A DNA stretch of 63,994 nucleotides, counting the filler, from Stramenopiles sp. TOSAG23-2 (taxonomy: Eukaryota), in NCBI GenBank assembly GCA_900128395.1. It is 3 parts of 3 records of this genome, joined end to end, with 100 filler letters (N's around TTAATTAATTAA, not from the genome) between each part and the next. Parts side by side here need not be neighbours in the genome. Positions count along the whole stretch, not along the records: positions 1 to 31,111 come from LT649377.1; 2 more parts are not named here. One strand, given 5' to 3'. The stretch's first letter is position 1; every line of letters begins with the position of its first letter. The position numbers and the translations under genes are program-made. Below are positions 1-11,900 of this stretch, one piece after another. The notes below the pieces were generated by a model, which saw only the letters and a list, made by a program, of their open reading frames with translations, did no database searches and had not been told where the DNA came from.

Positions 1-1
1 T

Positions 2-271
2 TATACCAACGTTGATAAATATACCATTGACCAAAAAATAACATCATTATTACTGAAAATACTTTTTACAAATATACTCATTTCAACATCAAAAAATGGA
101 AGAAATCACTCACTAGATGCTTTAACTAACCGTCAACATACTTTAATAAAAGGATCAAACCATATTGTACATATTCGAACCTCCAAAAATAATACAAGAA
201 GATTATATTTTGTAATTAACACATTATTAGCAACGTTGACTAAAAATGGCTATATATGTGAATCAAACTAG
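2..271 (+). CDS. Possible 3' end of a gene running in from the window edge (hypothetical protein)
   Basis: Frame 2 is open from base 2 to TAG at 269-271 (90 codons) in very AT-rich DNA; no recognisable motif. Confidence 0.3.
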   Translation, partial: YTNVDKYTIDQKITSLLLKILFTNILISTSKNGRNHSLDALTNRQHTLIKGSNHIVHIRTSKNNTRRLYFVINTLLATLTKNGYICESN

Positions 272-528
272 TAAATAAAATGTACAAAATATTCACTTTT
301 GTTCTTTTGTGTATGTTTTCGTGCATTTAAATTGAGAAACCGCGTTTGTATATACGTTATATACGCACGTTACCAATTATAACGATATCTAACAAATATT
401 TATTAATATATTTATCATACACTAATAATAATAAATAACAACATTTAAACAGTAAAATAACGAATAATATTGTTAAAATTCAAAAAATTAAAATTCGAAT
501 GACCAATTTCTGAAAAACCACTTTCCGC

Positions 529-818
529 AAACGTCCGCAAGGCAATGAAGGTATTTATGTAACGTATAGGTCAAATGATGATCCCCAGCAAAGGTCAGGT
601 TATGTGGAAACGTGTGGAAATATCATTTCTAGTATGTGTGTCTATAAATTATCAAATTCAATTCTATTTAGTTAAACGTCCGCAAGGCAATGAAGGTATT
701 TATGTAACGTATAGGTCAAATGATGATCTCCAGCAAAGGTCAGGTTATAAGGAAACCTCAGGAAATATCATTTCTAGTATGTGTGTCTATAAATTATCAA
801 ATTCAATTCTATTTAGTT
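529..818. repeat. 145-nt tandem duplication with 6 substitutions (probable allelic bubble assembled in tandem)
   Basis: 529-673 and 674-818 align without gaps; the first difference (584/729) follows exactly 55 identical nt. Confidence 0.9.
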
Positions 819-1199
819 GTTTTTAATAATTTTAAAAGAAGTTCATGTTTGATTTTAATCGTGCATTTCTTTCGATCTAGTTGGTTTGCAATGCTATGCC
901 CATTGTAACAGCACCTCCCAACACTTTCCAACATAAATGACGAAAATTACAAAAATATTTACTACAAATAAGGATTAAGTATATATTTTAATAGGCACTA
1001 GACTACCGTCACGAGCATCCCGATCTCACTCTAAATGCCCTCAATATTTATCATGGTTTTGATATCAAACCATTTCATTATATCATAATTTTGATACTCG
1101 TACTTCAAATTGTTACTTTCATTAATTTCAAACACCCAATCTTTTCTCCCTTTCCCTCCTCTTTTTTTTAATTCAATTAACACGCGCACACAGCACACA

Positions 1200-1499
1200 C
1201 ACACCTCAAGCCAATTCATTACTTAAACGATGTTCTAGACCATCCACTTTTCGTTCCCCAGTTGTCCTTTCCATATGACTTTCTCTACGCTGTAAGTCCA
1301 TTGCAACTGCTCCTTTATCCATTCCCGTCCCATCAAGATCCTCCATCTCCACACCTCAAGCCAATTCATTACTTAAACGATGTTCTAGACCATCCACTTT
1401 TCGTTCCCCAGTTGTCCTTTCCATATGACTTTCTCTACGCTGTAAGTCCATTGCAACTGCTCCTTTATCCATTCCCGTCCCATCAAGATCCTCCATCTC
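1200..1499. repeat. Exact 150-nt tandem duplication (probable assembly artefact)
   Basis: 1200-1349 is identical to 1350-1499; it duplicates the MFS gene's last codons and stop. Confidence 0.9.
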
Positions 1500-2536
1500 A
1501 GACGTTTCTTTTCTCATAGGTTTATTCCGTGGATAATTATCATCTTCCATCATATCCCCAAACTCAGTCAAACACTTTACATAACAATATGGACCTAAAT
1601 GTGTTATCACTAATATTCCTACTACAAACAAATAAACCTAATCATACATATTGGGTAATTAAAGACATATGTAAAAATAAAATTTGTTAATATAAATAGG
1701 ACAAAAAATAAAAGAAGAAATGCATATATACATATTTACTTACACGTGAAAAGACCCATGCATCTGGAGTTTGAAGTGGATCCTGATCTATGGAATAGCC
1801 AAACAATGGACTAATAATGCAAAGGAAGATTGTGCTTAAAAATTTAACACCTGATTCCAAGGAACCACGTTCATTTCCTATATATCGTTTTGACATTTTT
1901 CCAATCATATAACGAGAATGACTCGAAGAGAATCCATAAAACATATGTACTACTATATGCATTACCACCCATAAAATTGGAACCACGTTCATTTCCTATA
2001 TATCGTTTTGACATTTTTCCAATCATATAACGAGAATGACTCGAAGAGAATCCATAAAACATATGTACTACTATATGCATTACCACCCATAAAATTGTTG
2101 TAAGAGAGCCCACTTGTACCCATCCAACTGCAGAGCAAATAAATATTGCAACAGTCGTGGATCTAATACAAGTTTGAATGATTTTTCGTGATTTCCACGC
2201 TGTAGGATAATTATCGCAACATTCCCCACAAAAGGTACGCATCCTTTTTGAGTTATATTGCGAAATATATGCAACAATTGCATAAAAAAAGTATACAACG
2301 CAAAGCCCAATCGAAGTAGTGGTACCATTTCTAGGAGCATTGTATTTTGTAAGGAATGGATAGATTATAATACCCGCTTGTATGAAATCTTTCATGTGGT
2401 AATGTACAGCACGAAAGACACTTATTTCAACTAATTTTCTCACCGGTAAATAAATTTCTAATGGATTTGCTTTATTATTTTTACGCATGTCATCATCATA
2501 AAAGTCATCATCGAAATCATGATCTGAATCATCATA

Positions 2537-2568
<32 letters not shown>

Positions 2569-4155
2569 AACCACGTCGGTGTCGTCGTTGTTGTTGTTGT
2601 CGTTGTCGGTTGCGTCTTCGTCCTCTTTCAACTCTTCGTTCCATATCATCGGCATCATCGTATCCCGGGGGGCAACAATTAACGATTAATTTATAACACG
2701 ATCTACAGCAGCTACAAATACCGCAAAGGCAGCGCAAACAACATTTGTAGCAAGAACATATACAATATGGTATCAGATTGAATAGCAAGCGTCCAATAGA
2801 AGAACGAAGTATTTTCCCTATCACCATGAGATCCATTCCACATGTACGTTTTTCATCCTCGAACCAAAATTTCCCTAAATCATCATACATATCACTTTTT
2901 ACTTCTTCTTTTGCAAATTTTTCACGAAAAATACGTCTATTTCGTTCCATATATTCTTTTTTGCTTTTTACCCCTTCCATCGCAGCATCGTGGCCATTAT
3001 TTGTAGCGGTTGGATTTCTTTGTTGTTGTTGTTGTTCTACATCATCACCATAACCATCTGGCTGTATGGACTTCTTTGTTTCCGAATTGAATTTATTAAT
3101 TAAAAATTTTTGTTTTGGATGAAACATTAAAAACAAAATTTTAATTAAATATACAATCGATGCAATTAAAAAAATTGCACGATGTTTTCTTCCAGATTCT
3201 ATTGCATTTAATGCATTTACAACGCCAAAGATGCTATCGTATAGATGTACATGTATGTAATATCCTAATACGACACCTAACAACGTACCAATTAATTCAT
3301 AGAAATAACGATGATTTAAAAAGTAGTTACGATACTTTGTCCCATCGATTTCTACTAACCACCATGCAACGATTGCTTGATGGGTACCATTCGATATGGA
3401 CATTGATAAACTATGTAATCCAGCACCTGCAAATACTAATGCCCAATGAACGTCATTTAAAAAGAAATAACATACACATGATAAAATATCAAATACATTA
3501 GCTATCATCAATACCAATCGTCGATCTTTAATATTTCGTTGAATAATAAAACATGCATAATCAAATATCCAATCAATAAATAATTCCGTACATAATAAAC
3601 ATCCTAATAACAAGAAACGATATTCTTGTGGTAACTGTTCATACAGTACATAAAATAGATATGGACGATACATACCATCTACTAAACCTGTTAATAAATG
3701 ATATATGCTGTATATAATAACAACTAGATTCCATTTAAAACAACATTTTTTCACTATAATAATATTATTTATTATATGTGTATATATTATAATTATTATG
3801 AATATGATATTTTTTTGTTAGTGATTATTATTATTTATTATTATCTTTCTTTATATATATATACAGTCTTACTTTATTTATACTTACTTCCATTTGAAAC
3901 TATTATTATTATGTATGTATATATATATACATTTTTGTTGTTAGTAAATATTTATATATATATATATATTAAGAACATAAGATACTTACCTTCACTACAG
4001 CTACAATCTTCATAACAACACAATTCGTCACAACATTCACTCAATACAAATACGTTTGGATCTCGATTTGCACGTTGTTGTTCTCGTCGACGTGCTTGTC
4101 TTTTATAATAATCATCATCGTCATCATCATCGTAATATCGATTTTGATATGCCAT
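1356..4155 (-). CDS. MFS-like multi-pass transporter with long Cys/Asp-rich loop; 3 exons (4155-3990, 3753-1744, 1637-1356); frame broken by a 118-nt duplication
   Basis: GTAAGT donors at 3989 and 1743 and TAG acceptors at 3754 and 1638 join in frame. Removing one 118-nt copy gives a 780-codon ORF. Two bundles of hydrophobic helices; SNGTHQAIVAWWL and MKDFIQ resemble MFS motifs. Confidence 0.65.
1861..2096. repeat. Exact 118-nt tandem duplication inside the MFS CDS (frameshifting; probable artefact)
   Basis: 1861-1978 is identical to 1979-2096. Confidence 0.9.
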
Positions 4156-4575
4156 TTTATTTGTATGTATGTATTATATATATATAGATAGCTTTTTTTT
4201 GTTGTTGTCAAAGAGTCAATAACTATATCTTTTACTATATATAATTATACAACTATAATTATAACTATATACTAAATGAGAGATAAAATATCCAAACAAA
4301 TAATAATAAATGAAAAAAAAAAATATAAAATATCCTTTCGTAAAGTAAAAAAAAAGGCCAGTACAAAAGAAAACAACAAATATATGTTAACCTACCACTG
4401 AATATTGATCTTGTTCTTCAATTTATCTTGGAAAGGTATTGTTCACAATATATTCTTCGATAGGCCATCCATCACCTTCGTTTACCCTTGTTTTCATTCA
4501 ATTTTTATTATTATTATAGGCTTTATATTTATTAATTTCCTTTTTTAGGCCTTAGGCAGCAGCAGATTTTGCCTT

Positions 4576-4833
4576 AAAAAAATCAATAACATTTCAGGAA
4601 TTTTTATCATATAAAAATAATCATCAAATAACATCCTGGAAATAGTAAATAATTATATATTATCGGATATTATTATTCCTATTCCACTCTAAATAGTCAG
4701 TTCGAAAAAAATCAATAACATTTCAGGAATTTTTATCATATAAAAATAATCATCAAATAACATCCTGGAAATAGTAAATAATTATATATTATCGGATATT
4801 ATTATTCCTATTCCACTCTAAATAGTCAGTTCG
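4576..4833. repeat. Exact 129-nt tandem duplication
   Basis: 4576-4704 is identical to 4705-4833. Confidence 0.9.
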
Positions 4834-5083
4834 GTAACTTAAATCGATTAAACCCTATACACGATAACTTTAATTTTTGTTGTGATTTTAGTGCTATGTC
4901 ATGCTAAAATCCATCACCGGCATCATTTAAAAATTTGCCGGGCATGATGCGCACTTTGCCCAGACCAATTATTTGGGATCACATCAATAGTGAATAGTGT
5001 TATTTTGGATCACATCAATATAGTGAATAGTGAATAGTGTTATTTTGGATCACACCTCGAATCACACCTCGTATCCCGATATT

Positions 5084-5263
5084 AAAATTTTCGGTACAAA
5101 TTGTGTAGTATACTTAAACACTATATTACCTATCAAACACACAAATGTTTTCAGTTTTCAACAGAGAGAGATAAATTTCGAGATTGGTGTGAGTTTTGGA
5201 TTAATTTGTGTATTTGATAGGTAATATAGTTTTAAGTATATTAAAAATTGTACCGAACATTTT
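5084..5263. mobile_element. MITE-like inverted-repeat element, ~60-nt arms
   Basis: 5084-5146 (AAAATTTTCGGTACAAATT...TATACTTAAACACTATATTACCTATCAAACACACAAAT) is the near-perfect reverse complement of 5204-5263. No clear TSD. Confidence 0.5.
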
Positions 5264-5384
5264 CTACATTGCATTAAGATATTTTTACACTATACCTTAA
5301 AATATAACTCTGCATTTTGGGATTGTAATGCTATGTTGATGCTAGCTGGCTTAAGCATAATATATAAATAGTTTTTATTTTTTT

Positions 5385-5663
5385 TTATACATATTGTGTT
5401 TTATTGCTACTACCATTCACACTATCGGATGGTACAAAACCATTCCGTGCTTGTTTTGCACGTACTTGTTGTTGCAACTTTTTAATTAAATCTAATTCGC
5501 GTTGATGGTGCTCCACCAATTTATAAAGCATCAAATCTTTCCGCGTAATCATCCCACATACTCGACCATCTCGCTCTAATACGACTAAATGTCGTAATCC
5601 TAATTTTCTAAATATACTATATGCTCTAGCTACTGTAGTATGTGGGAAGACGTACGTGCCAGT
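5385..5663 (-). pseudogene. Orphan C-terminal fragment of a CLC chloride channel/transporter (second CBS domain plus tail)
   Basis: Hand translation YVFPHTTVARAYSIFRKLGLRHLVVLERDGRVCGMITRKDLMLY...* matches the CLC CBS2 signature FRxLGLRHLxV...GxxTRKDL. In-frame TAA directly upstream, no start codon, no channel exons nearby. Confidence 0.75.
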
Positions 5664-5846
5664 TTATTAGATTGTTTGGAAACAATACCGAAATATGACA
5701 TAATGGCTTACACACTGTGGAAACAAATTGACGCTATTTAAATATTAATGGAATTTTTATATTGGTTTGGTTTCGTCTAATTTCGTATGGATGGAAGAGA
5801 AACTCTTTTGCTTCTATTTTTACATTGCCAGGATTGTGGAGTTAAG

Positions 5847-6081
5847 GTGGTTTCCTATATCACATCGTAAAACAGGTAATACCATTGCTATGATTCCACA
5901 AAATTATAACATTTCTCGTACTTATCTGTATACTATCCACCTCCCCCCCTCCGATGTTTAGAGTGGTTTTACGTTTTGTGGTTTCCTATATCACATCGTA
6001 AAACAGGTAATACCATTGCTATGATTCCACAAAATTATAACATTTCTCGTACTTATCTGTATACTATCCACCCCTCCCCCT
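5847..6081. repeat. ~100-nt direct repeat, 131-nt period, short unique spacer
   Basis: 5847-5941 is repeated from 5978. Confidence 0.85.
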
Positions 6082-6314
6082 CTTCAAAAAAAAAAAGCGA
6101 TCTTTTCTACTTAAATTACCATTATTACAAAAATATATACCAATTAAATTGTATATTATAAATATCCATAATTATTTCATTATATACTGAAATATATTAC
6201 ATATATTACATTGTTCTATAGAGTTGTACAATTTATACGTTATATACAATAATTCCAGTTACGAAATGACGTTATTCCGATATTTGCTTTTTTTAGATAA
6301 ACTATAGAATAACA

Positions 6315-6589
6315 TGTAAAGAAGACGGATGAAACTCTCCTCAAAACAGTGGGGTTCTAATAAGTACAGATTTAGTATGCTATAAATATTTGATAGGTAG
6401 ATCTCGTGGAAGATAATAAATCCATAAAATCCATAAATGACCAATGTTAATTTGGATGACAATATCTAGAATATCCGATTTTATTGATATTATTACTATA
6501 TAAATCTATATTTATAGTATACTAAAGCTGTACTAATTAGAACCCCGAGGATCTAGAGCGAGGAGAGAGTTTCATCCGTCTGATTTACA
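6315..6589. mobile_element. Degenerate MITE-like inverted-repeat element
   Basis: 6323-6389 (AGACGGATGAAACTCTC...GGGGTTCTAATAAGTACAGATTTAGTATGCTATAAATAT) pairs imperfectly with 6508-6581. Confidence 0.5.
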
Positions 6590-6672
6590 AGGTTTGGTAT
6601 ATCGTTAATTACGAAGTGGACTATACGGTATATATAGGCAATATTTTCACGTTCGTCTCATGGACCATGGAC

Positions 6673-6792
6673 GACATATTTACGAAGAAAAATAACACTA
6701 GTAACAATGGACATATTTACGACGAAAAATAACACTAATAACAATGGACATATTTACGAAGAAAAATAACACTAGTAACAATGGACATATTT
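6673..6792 (+). repeat. 37-nt minisatellite, 3+ copies
   Basis: GACATATTTACGAAGAAAAATAACACTAGTAACAATG at 6673, 6710 and 6747; partial copy at 6784. Confidence 0.9.
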
Positions 6793-7029
6793 TGTACAAA
6801 ATGCTGGAGTTGATTGGAAATGTTTTAGCAACAGCTTTTGGCCGGATAGCATGAACGTACCATTACAGGAAACGTTTTATTGCGCGAAAGAAACTAAAAT
6901 ATGACATATATATACTTTACACACATGTATAAGATGGAGAGAGAGAGAGTAGGATGATGTCTGTCGTTTAGAGATTAAAACTGTTTGAGCTGATTCACCG
7001 TGGAGAAAAGCATTTGAAATAGATCGATC

Positions 7030-7250
7030 CGAGATAGATAGATTTGTATTGTATTATATTGGTTGAGTCGAGATAGATTATATATTATATTAGTTGATCG
7101 AGATAGATTATATATATATATATATATTATATTGGTGGATTGAGATAGATTATATATATATATATACTATATTATATTGGTTGAGTCGAGAAAGATTATA
7201 TATATATTATATTGGTGGATTGGCATAAAATATATTGGTTGAGTCGAGAA
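7030..7250 (+). repeat. Degenerate minisatellite upstream of the DnaJ gene
   Basis: About six units of TTGGTTGAGTCGAGATAGATTA(TA)n and variants. Confidence 0.8.
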
Positions 7251-7290
7251 CGATCATATTGTTTCAGTGGAAAGTTTGTATATATTTAAC

Positions 7291-7850
7291 ATGATTGATC
7301 ATTATGCCGTTTTAGGATTACCAAAATTTACAGCAACACCCAATGAAATTAAAAAATCATTTAGAAAATTAGCAATTAAATGGCATCCAGATAAATGCAA
7401 AGCATCAAATGCAAATGATATTTTTTCAAATATATCAACTGCATATGAAATATTATATGATAAGGATTCTAAACGTAAATACGATCGTGAATTACGTTTA
7501 GCATCAACAATTGCATCTGTAGCATCATGTACTACTACTACGTACAACACCAATACTAGTGATTTTCCAAGACGTCACAAGGATCATCTAGAAGTAATCA
7601 TAGTAATTATACATCATCTTCCGCAGATGAGGATGATGATATGTATTATTCTTCAAGTTCATCGCAAAATTCTTCCCGTGCATCTAGTCGTGCAAGTAGC
7701 TCAAATGCTGGTGAAACTTCACGAGTTGCAAATGCATTTGCAAACGTCTTTGGTGATGGCGATTTTGAAAAAGCAGCTGATCATTGGGATAACATGATGT
7801 ATGTAAATCATCTACCCTGTCTACCTACCTACCCAAACTGTCTATCTATT

Positions 7851-7883
<33 letters not shown>

Positions 7884-8234
7884 ACAACATTATAACTAAC
7901 TTAAAAAACTATAAACAGGGATAAACTATTAGTACCGATGAAAAAACGCAATGCAATTAAAATACAACGAATTTGGCGCGGATATTTAATTCGTAAAAAA
8001 TATAATAGACATATTAAACATATAAAAAAAGTAATTGCTGCTAGAACAAAGTTAAAATTGCATTCCAAAAATAAAAAAGCAAAACACAATATAAATTCAC
8101 GTGGTAGTTCAAATAAAGGTCGGTCCCCACGTGTAAGAAACAATGGTGGTGGAAGGATGATACGAGGCAGTAATGGTGCGGGTGGAAAAAGTCTGGGACA
8201 GCAAAATTCTGCAGTAAATTGGTTTACTCAATGA
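7291..8234 (+). CDS. J-domain (DnaJ) protein with C-terminal IQ motif; intron 7799-7918; unresolved frame change near 7520-7575
   Basis: DHYAVLGL...KLAIKWHPDK...AYEILYD is a J-domain. GTATGT..CTAAC..CAG intron joins ORF 7641 to ORF 7938 in frame. AIKIQRIWRGYLIRK is an IQ motif. Confidence 0.75.
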
Positions 8235-8943
8235 ATGTTATGTACATAATAATAAATTTTAATAAATGTGATAAAAGATAGTATATAAACAGAAGTAAAT
8301 ATTTTATATAATATGTAGTGCTATTTATATGCTAATATATTAAGGAAATGTCATTTAAAACACTTAAATCTAGATTAAACTACATGAGCTCGCCATTGCC
8401 TCCTAGAACCTAGATAGAACCTTATAACTTATAACCCTTATCCACATTTGCACATAGCACACAGCGTTATTTCAGATTTACAGTTTATTATTGCACTATT
8501 ATTACAGTATTTTTACAGAATAGAGTTTATCGATCTAGCACTGGGCACAGAGCACAGAGCGTTAATTAAAAGCTTGCTATAGGTATTAATATCATATAAC
8601 GTTAAAACTACTTTTGCCTTTATTAAATACTACTATATATCCCTACTAAATAACAATATTGATATTAATAGCCTATATCATCATATCAATTATTATTATT
8701 ATCAATAATTGAAATAATGTCAATTCTCAATACTCAATAGAGTATAATAAAATAATAATAATAATAATAATAGTAATAATGTGCTATAATTACATAAATA
8801 AATTGCAATATAAATATGCAATTATTCAGCTTAGATAGTCCAATGTTGTTCCTAAACATAAAAAAATTGAATTACATCTTTTTCGCAGACAGGTGCCAAA
8901 ATTATTAAGAACCCGTCTGAGTATTATTTACAAGATACATATC

Positions 8944-11900
8944 ATGTCCAGCGCAGGCGGAAATCACTCACAAAAGACAAAGGAAATAAATGATAACAAA
9001 GTGGACTCAGATGAGGAAATTGCCATACGGAATATAGCGCAGCCTGATGAGATTACCAATAACACAAATGTATCAGAGCTAAAAAAACAAGTTATAGAAA
9101 GATTGGGTGAAGAAACATTCAACAAAACTGTTGAAAAAGAAAAAAAGGAAATGAATGAGTTAGAGGAATTTGCCATACGGATTATAGCGCAGCCTGGTGA
9201 GATTACCAATTGCATAAATATATCAGGGCTAAAAAAACAAGTTATAAAAAGATTGGGTGAAGAAACATTCAACAAAACTGTTGAAAAAGAAAAAAAGGAT
9301 ATGAAAGAGTCAGAGAAAGAATTTGCCATACGGAATATAGCGCAGCCTGATGAGATTACCAATAACACAAATATGTCAGAGCTAAAAAAACAAGTTATAA
9401 AAAGATTGGGTGAAGAAATATTCAACAAAACTGTTGAAAAAGTGAAATTTGCCATACGAAGTATAGCACAGCCTGGTGAGATTACCAATAATACAAATAT
9501 ATCAAAGCTGAAAAAACAAATTGAAGAAAGATTGGGAGGCGAAGATAAATTCAACATAGCTGTTAAAGATGAAAAAGAGAAAATAAAGAAAATGCAAGAG
9601 AATTTTGCATTTGAAAAATCCAAAATTGTAGGATGGATCAAAAAGTGGTTTCCAAATCACGACCCAAACGAAACGCTATACCCAGATCATGCTAAATACC
9701 TGATCGATCCCGATTTTTATGATTTAGTCAAAAATTTGTCTGGTAAAAGTACCTTGGAAATATTTACAATTTTGAATTCACCAACAGCATTGTCAACACA
9801 GTCAACAGAGAAGGTGAAAAAAACTCGTCTCATAGTCAAAATAATCCAAGAGTTAATTGAAAATCAAAATGAAAATACATGGGAGTTTACGGAAGAGAAA
9901 TCGAAATTAGTAAAATTAGTAAAGATTGTTCCTAATTCAACAAACACTTCAGGAAATGCGCAGGGCGACGAAAATGTAAAGGAAAAAACAGATAATACAG
10001 AAGATACAAGCACTTCTCAAGCAAATCGTTCTGGACAAGATGAAAACAACTCGAATAAGAAATTTGAACCTAATTCAACAAACATTTCAAGAAATGCACA
10101 GGACGACAAAAGTGTCGAGGAGAAAACAGATAATGCAAATGATACAAGTACCTCTCAAACAAACTGTTCTGGAAAAGATGAAAACAACTCGAATAAGAAA
10201 TTTGTCAAATTAGAAGATAGGTTTTTAACCCCAATGGAAGTATATACAAAAGAAGATATTTTTCCATTACCGCAGTATTTAGATTTAACTACGCATAGAC
10301 ATTTGCAGACACGTTATACACGCTTGTGTATTTTAGTCTCAATTTGGTTATTCATGTTTTTGCTGGGATATCTCCACATTCAATTTTCAACCGAATTATA
10401 TCGATATAAAGTACCATATGATCAAGCATTACATATAAAAACGGAAGGTTGTTCAATTAATTTTGCCGAAGAAACTCAAGATGCGTTAACGTTAGAACTC
10501 GAAGAGAACTTTTGGTATTGGTATAATATTGTTAATCCACGCAGTGAAAATAACGACAATGAAAATGGCTCATACATTGATAGATGTAGCAAAAATACAA
10601 CATTACCGTGTTTTAAGATTTTAGTAAATCACGGATCAAATCTATTGAACTCCTATTCTCGAAGATCTACGGGGAAAGGCAAATCTGCAAATGCTTACGC
10701 AAAATATGATAGGTCTAATGGTATTTTAACAGCATTTTCACCGAAACAAATGAATTTTCCGTGTCAAATCCGTTTTATGATAAACACAAAAGATCTTATT
10801 CCAGCATTTAAAGGCCTAACGATTGTTAGCACCGGAGATACAAAAATAACCAAGAAAACATTCACAGCAATATCAAAACGGCAAGTAAACGAGTTTCTTT
10901 TAAAAACTGATTTTCTACATATAAACGGCAGTACAATGGATATCAACCTGCGAAATATACAGACATCATCACTTCGAGTATTTGTAGAACGGGGCCAGGT
11001 GCAAATTCTTGGCTCTAATTTAGGATGGACTGGATTTTATGACCAACGGGCAAAACCATTGGAACATGTGGTTCGAATTGGCAAACCATTAGGAAAAATT
11101 GCTGATGTTGGACAATGGATAGAAGATAAATTAAGTCCCTCCAATTCTTGTGGGCTAACACCATGTGGTGGAAGTATAAAAGTTAGTGTTTTAAATAGCA
11201 TGGTAGTCGATTTTGAAGAGCCAGATGGTGGCGTTTGCATCACAGCACCTGTTATCGATTCATTAAATACAAAAACTTGTAGTAATATGACAAACGATCA
11301 AATAGTGTATCAAAATACAAGCAATACAAGTCATGCAATATGTGGGACAAAAGGGGAAACATTAATATGCACTCGTCAGGATACGAATTGTATAGTAAAT
11401 AACGAAACAACTAGAATAAAACTTCAAACGTTTGATGGCTCAATTTTTATATCATTGCCAGAGTATAATCAAACAGAAACAAAATATTTTAATGTACGGC
11501 GTACCATTGATGGACAAGATTGTATTTTTCCTTTTACGTACAACGGCCAGAAGTATCATGAATGTACATCGGTGCATTTTAAACAACCTTGTAAGTCAAT
11601 GTCTTTATATCATAAAACCTACTATTAAAAATCTTCTCTCTAACATACCAATTGTATTCTACGCGTGTTATAGGGTGTGTTACGTCGCCTAAAGCAATTG
11701 CAGATTCATCAAAAATTGAGGCAGGAGGGTCTGATTTTTGGAATTTTTGTGAACCATACGTAAGTTAAACTTCGATTTCCCTGAAACTAAAAGGAATAGC
11801 TTCCCTAACAACACATCACTCACTACTCCACAGATGATATTTCAAGGACAAGCTTTTTACAATAATTTTAAGGATGGAATGACATTTGATACAGTTGGAA

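Noticed and set aside
575-1519. Short plus-strand ORFs with internal peptide repeats
   Set aside because: Generated by the 145- and 150-nt duplications or antisense to the MFS exon.
1861-2096. Calling the MFS gene and the 59501-60732 hydroxylase pseudogenes
   Set aside because: The only lesions are exact tandem duplications whose removal restores full ORFs; an assembly artefact is more parsimonious.
6673-6792. 37-nt periodic repeats as a CRISPR array
   Set aside because: Units abut without unique spacers, there are no cas genes, and the context is eukaryotic.
8964-9641. 225-aa antisense ORF, and similar antisense ORFs in other genes (e.g. 41643-42022)
   Set aside because: Shadow frames of repetitive or biased coding sequence on the other strand; no motifs.
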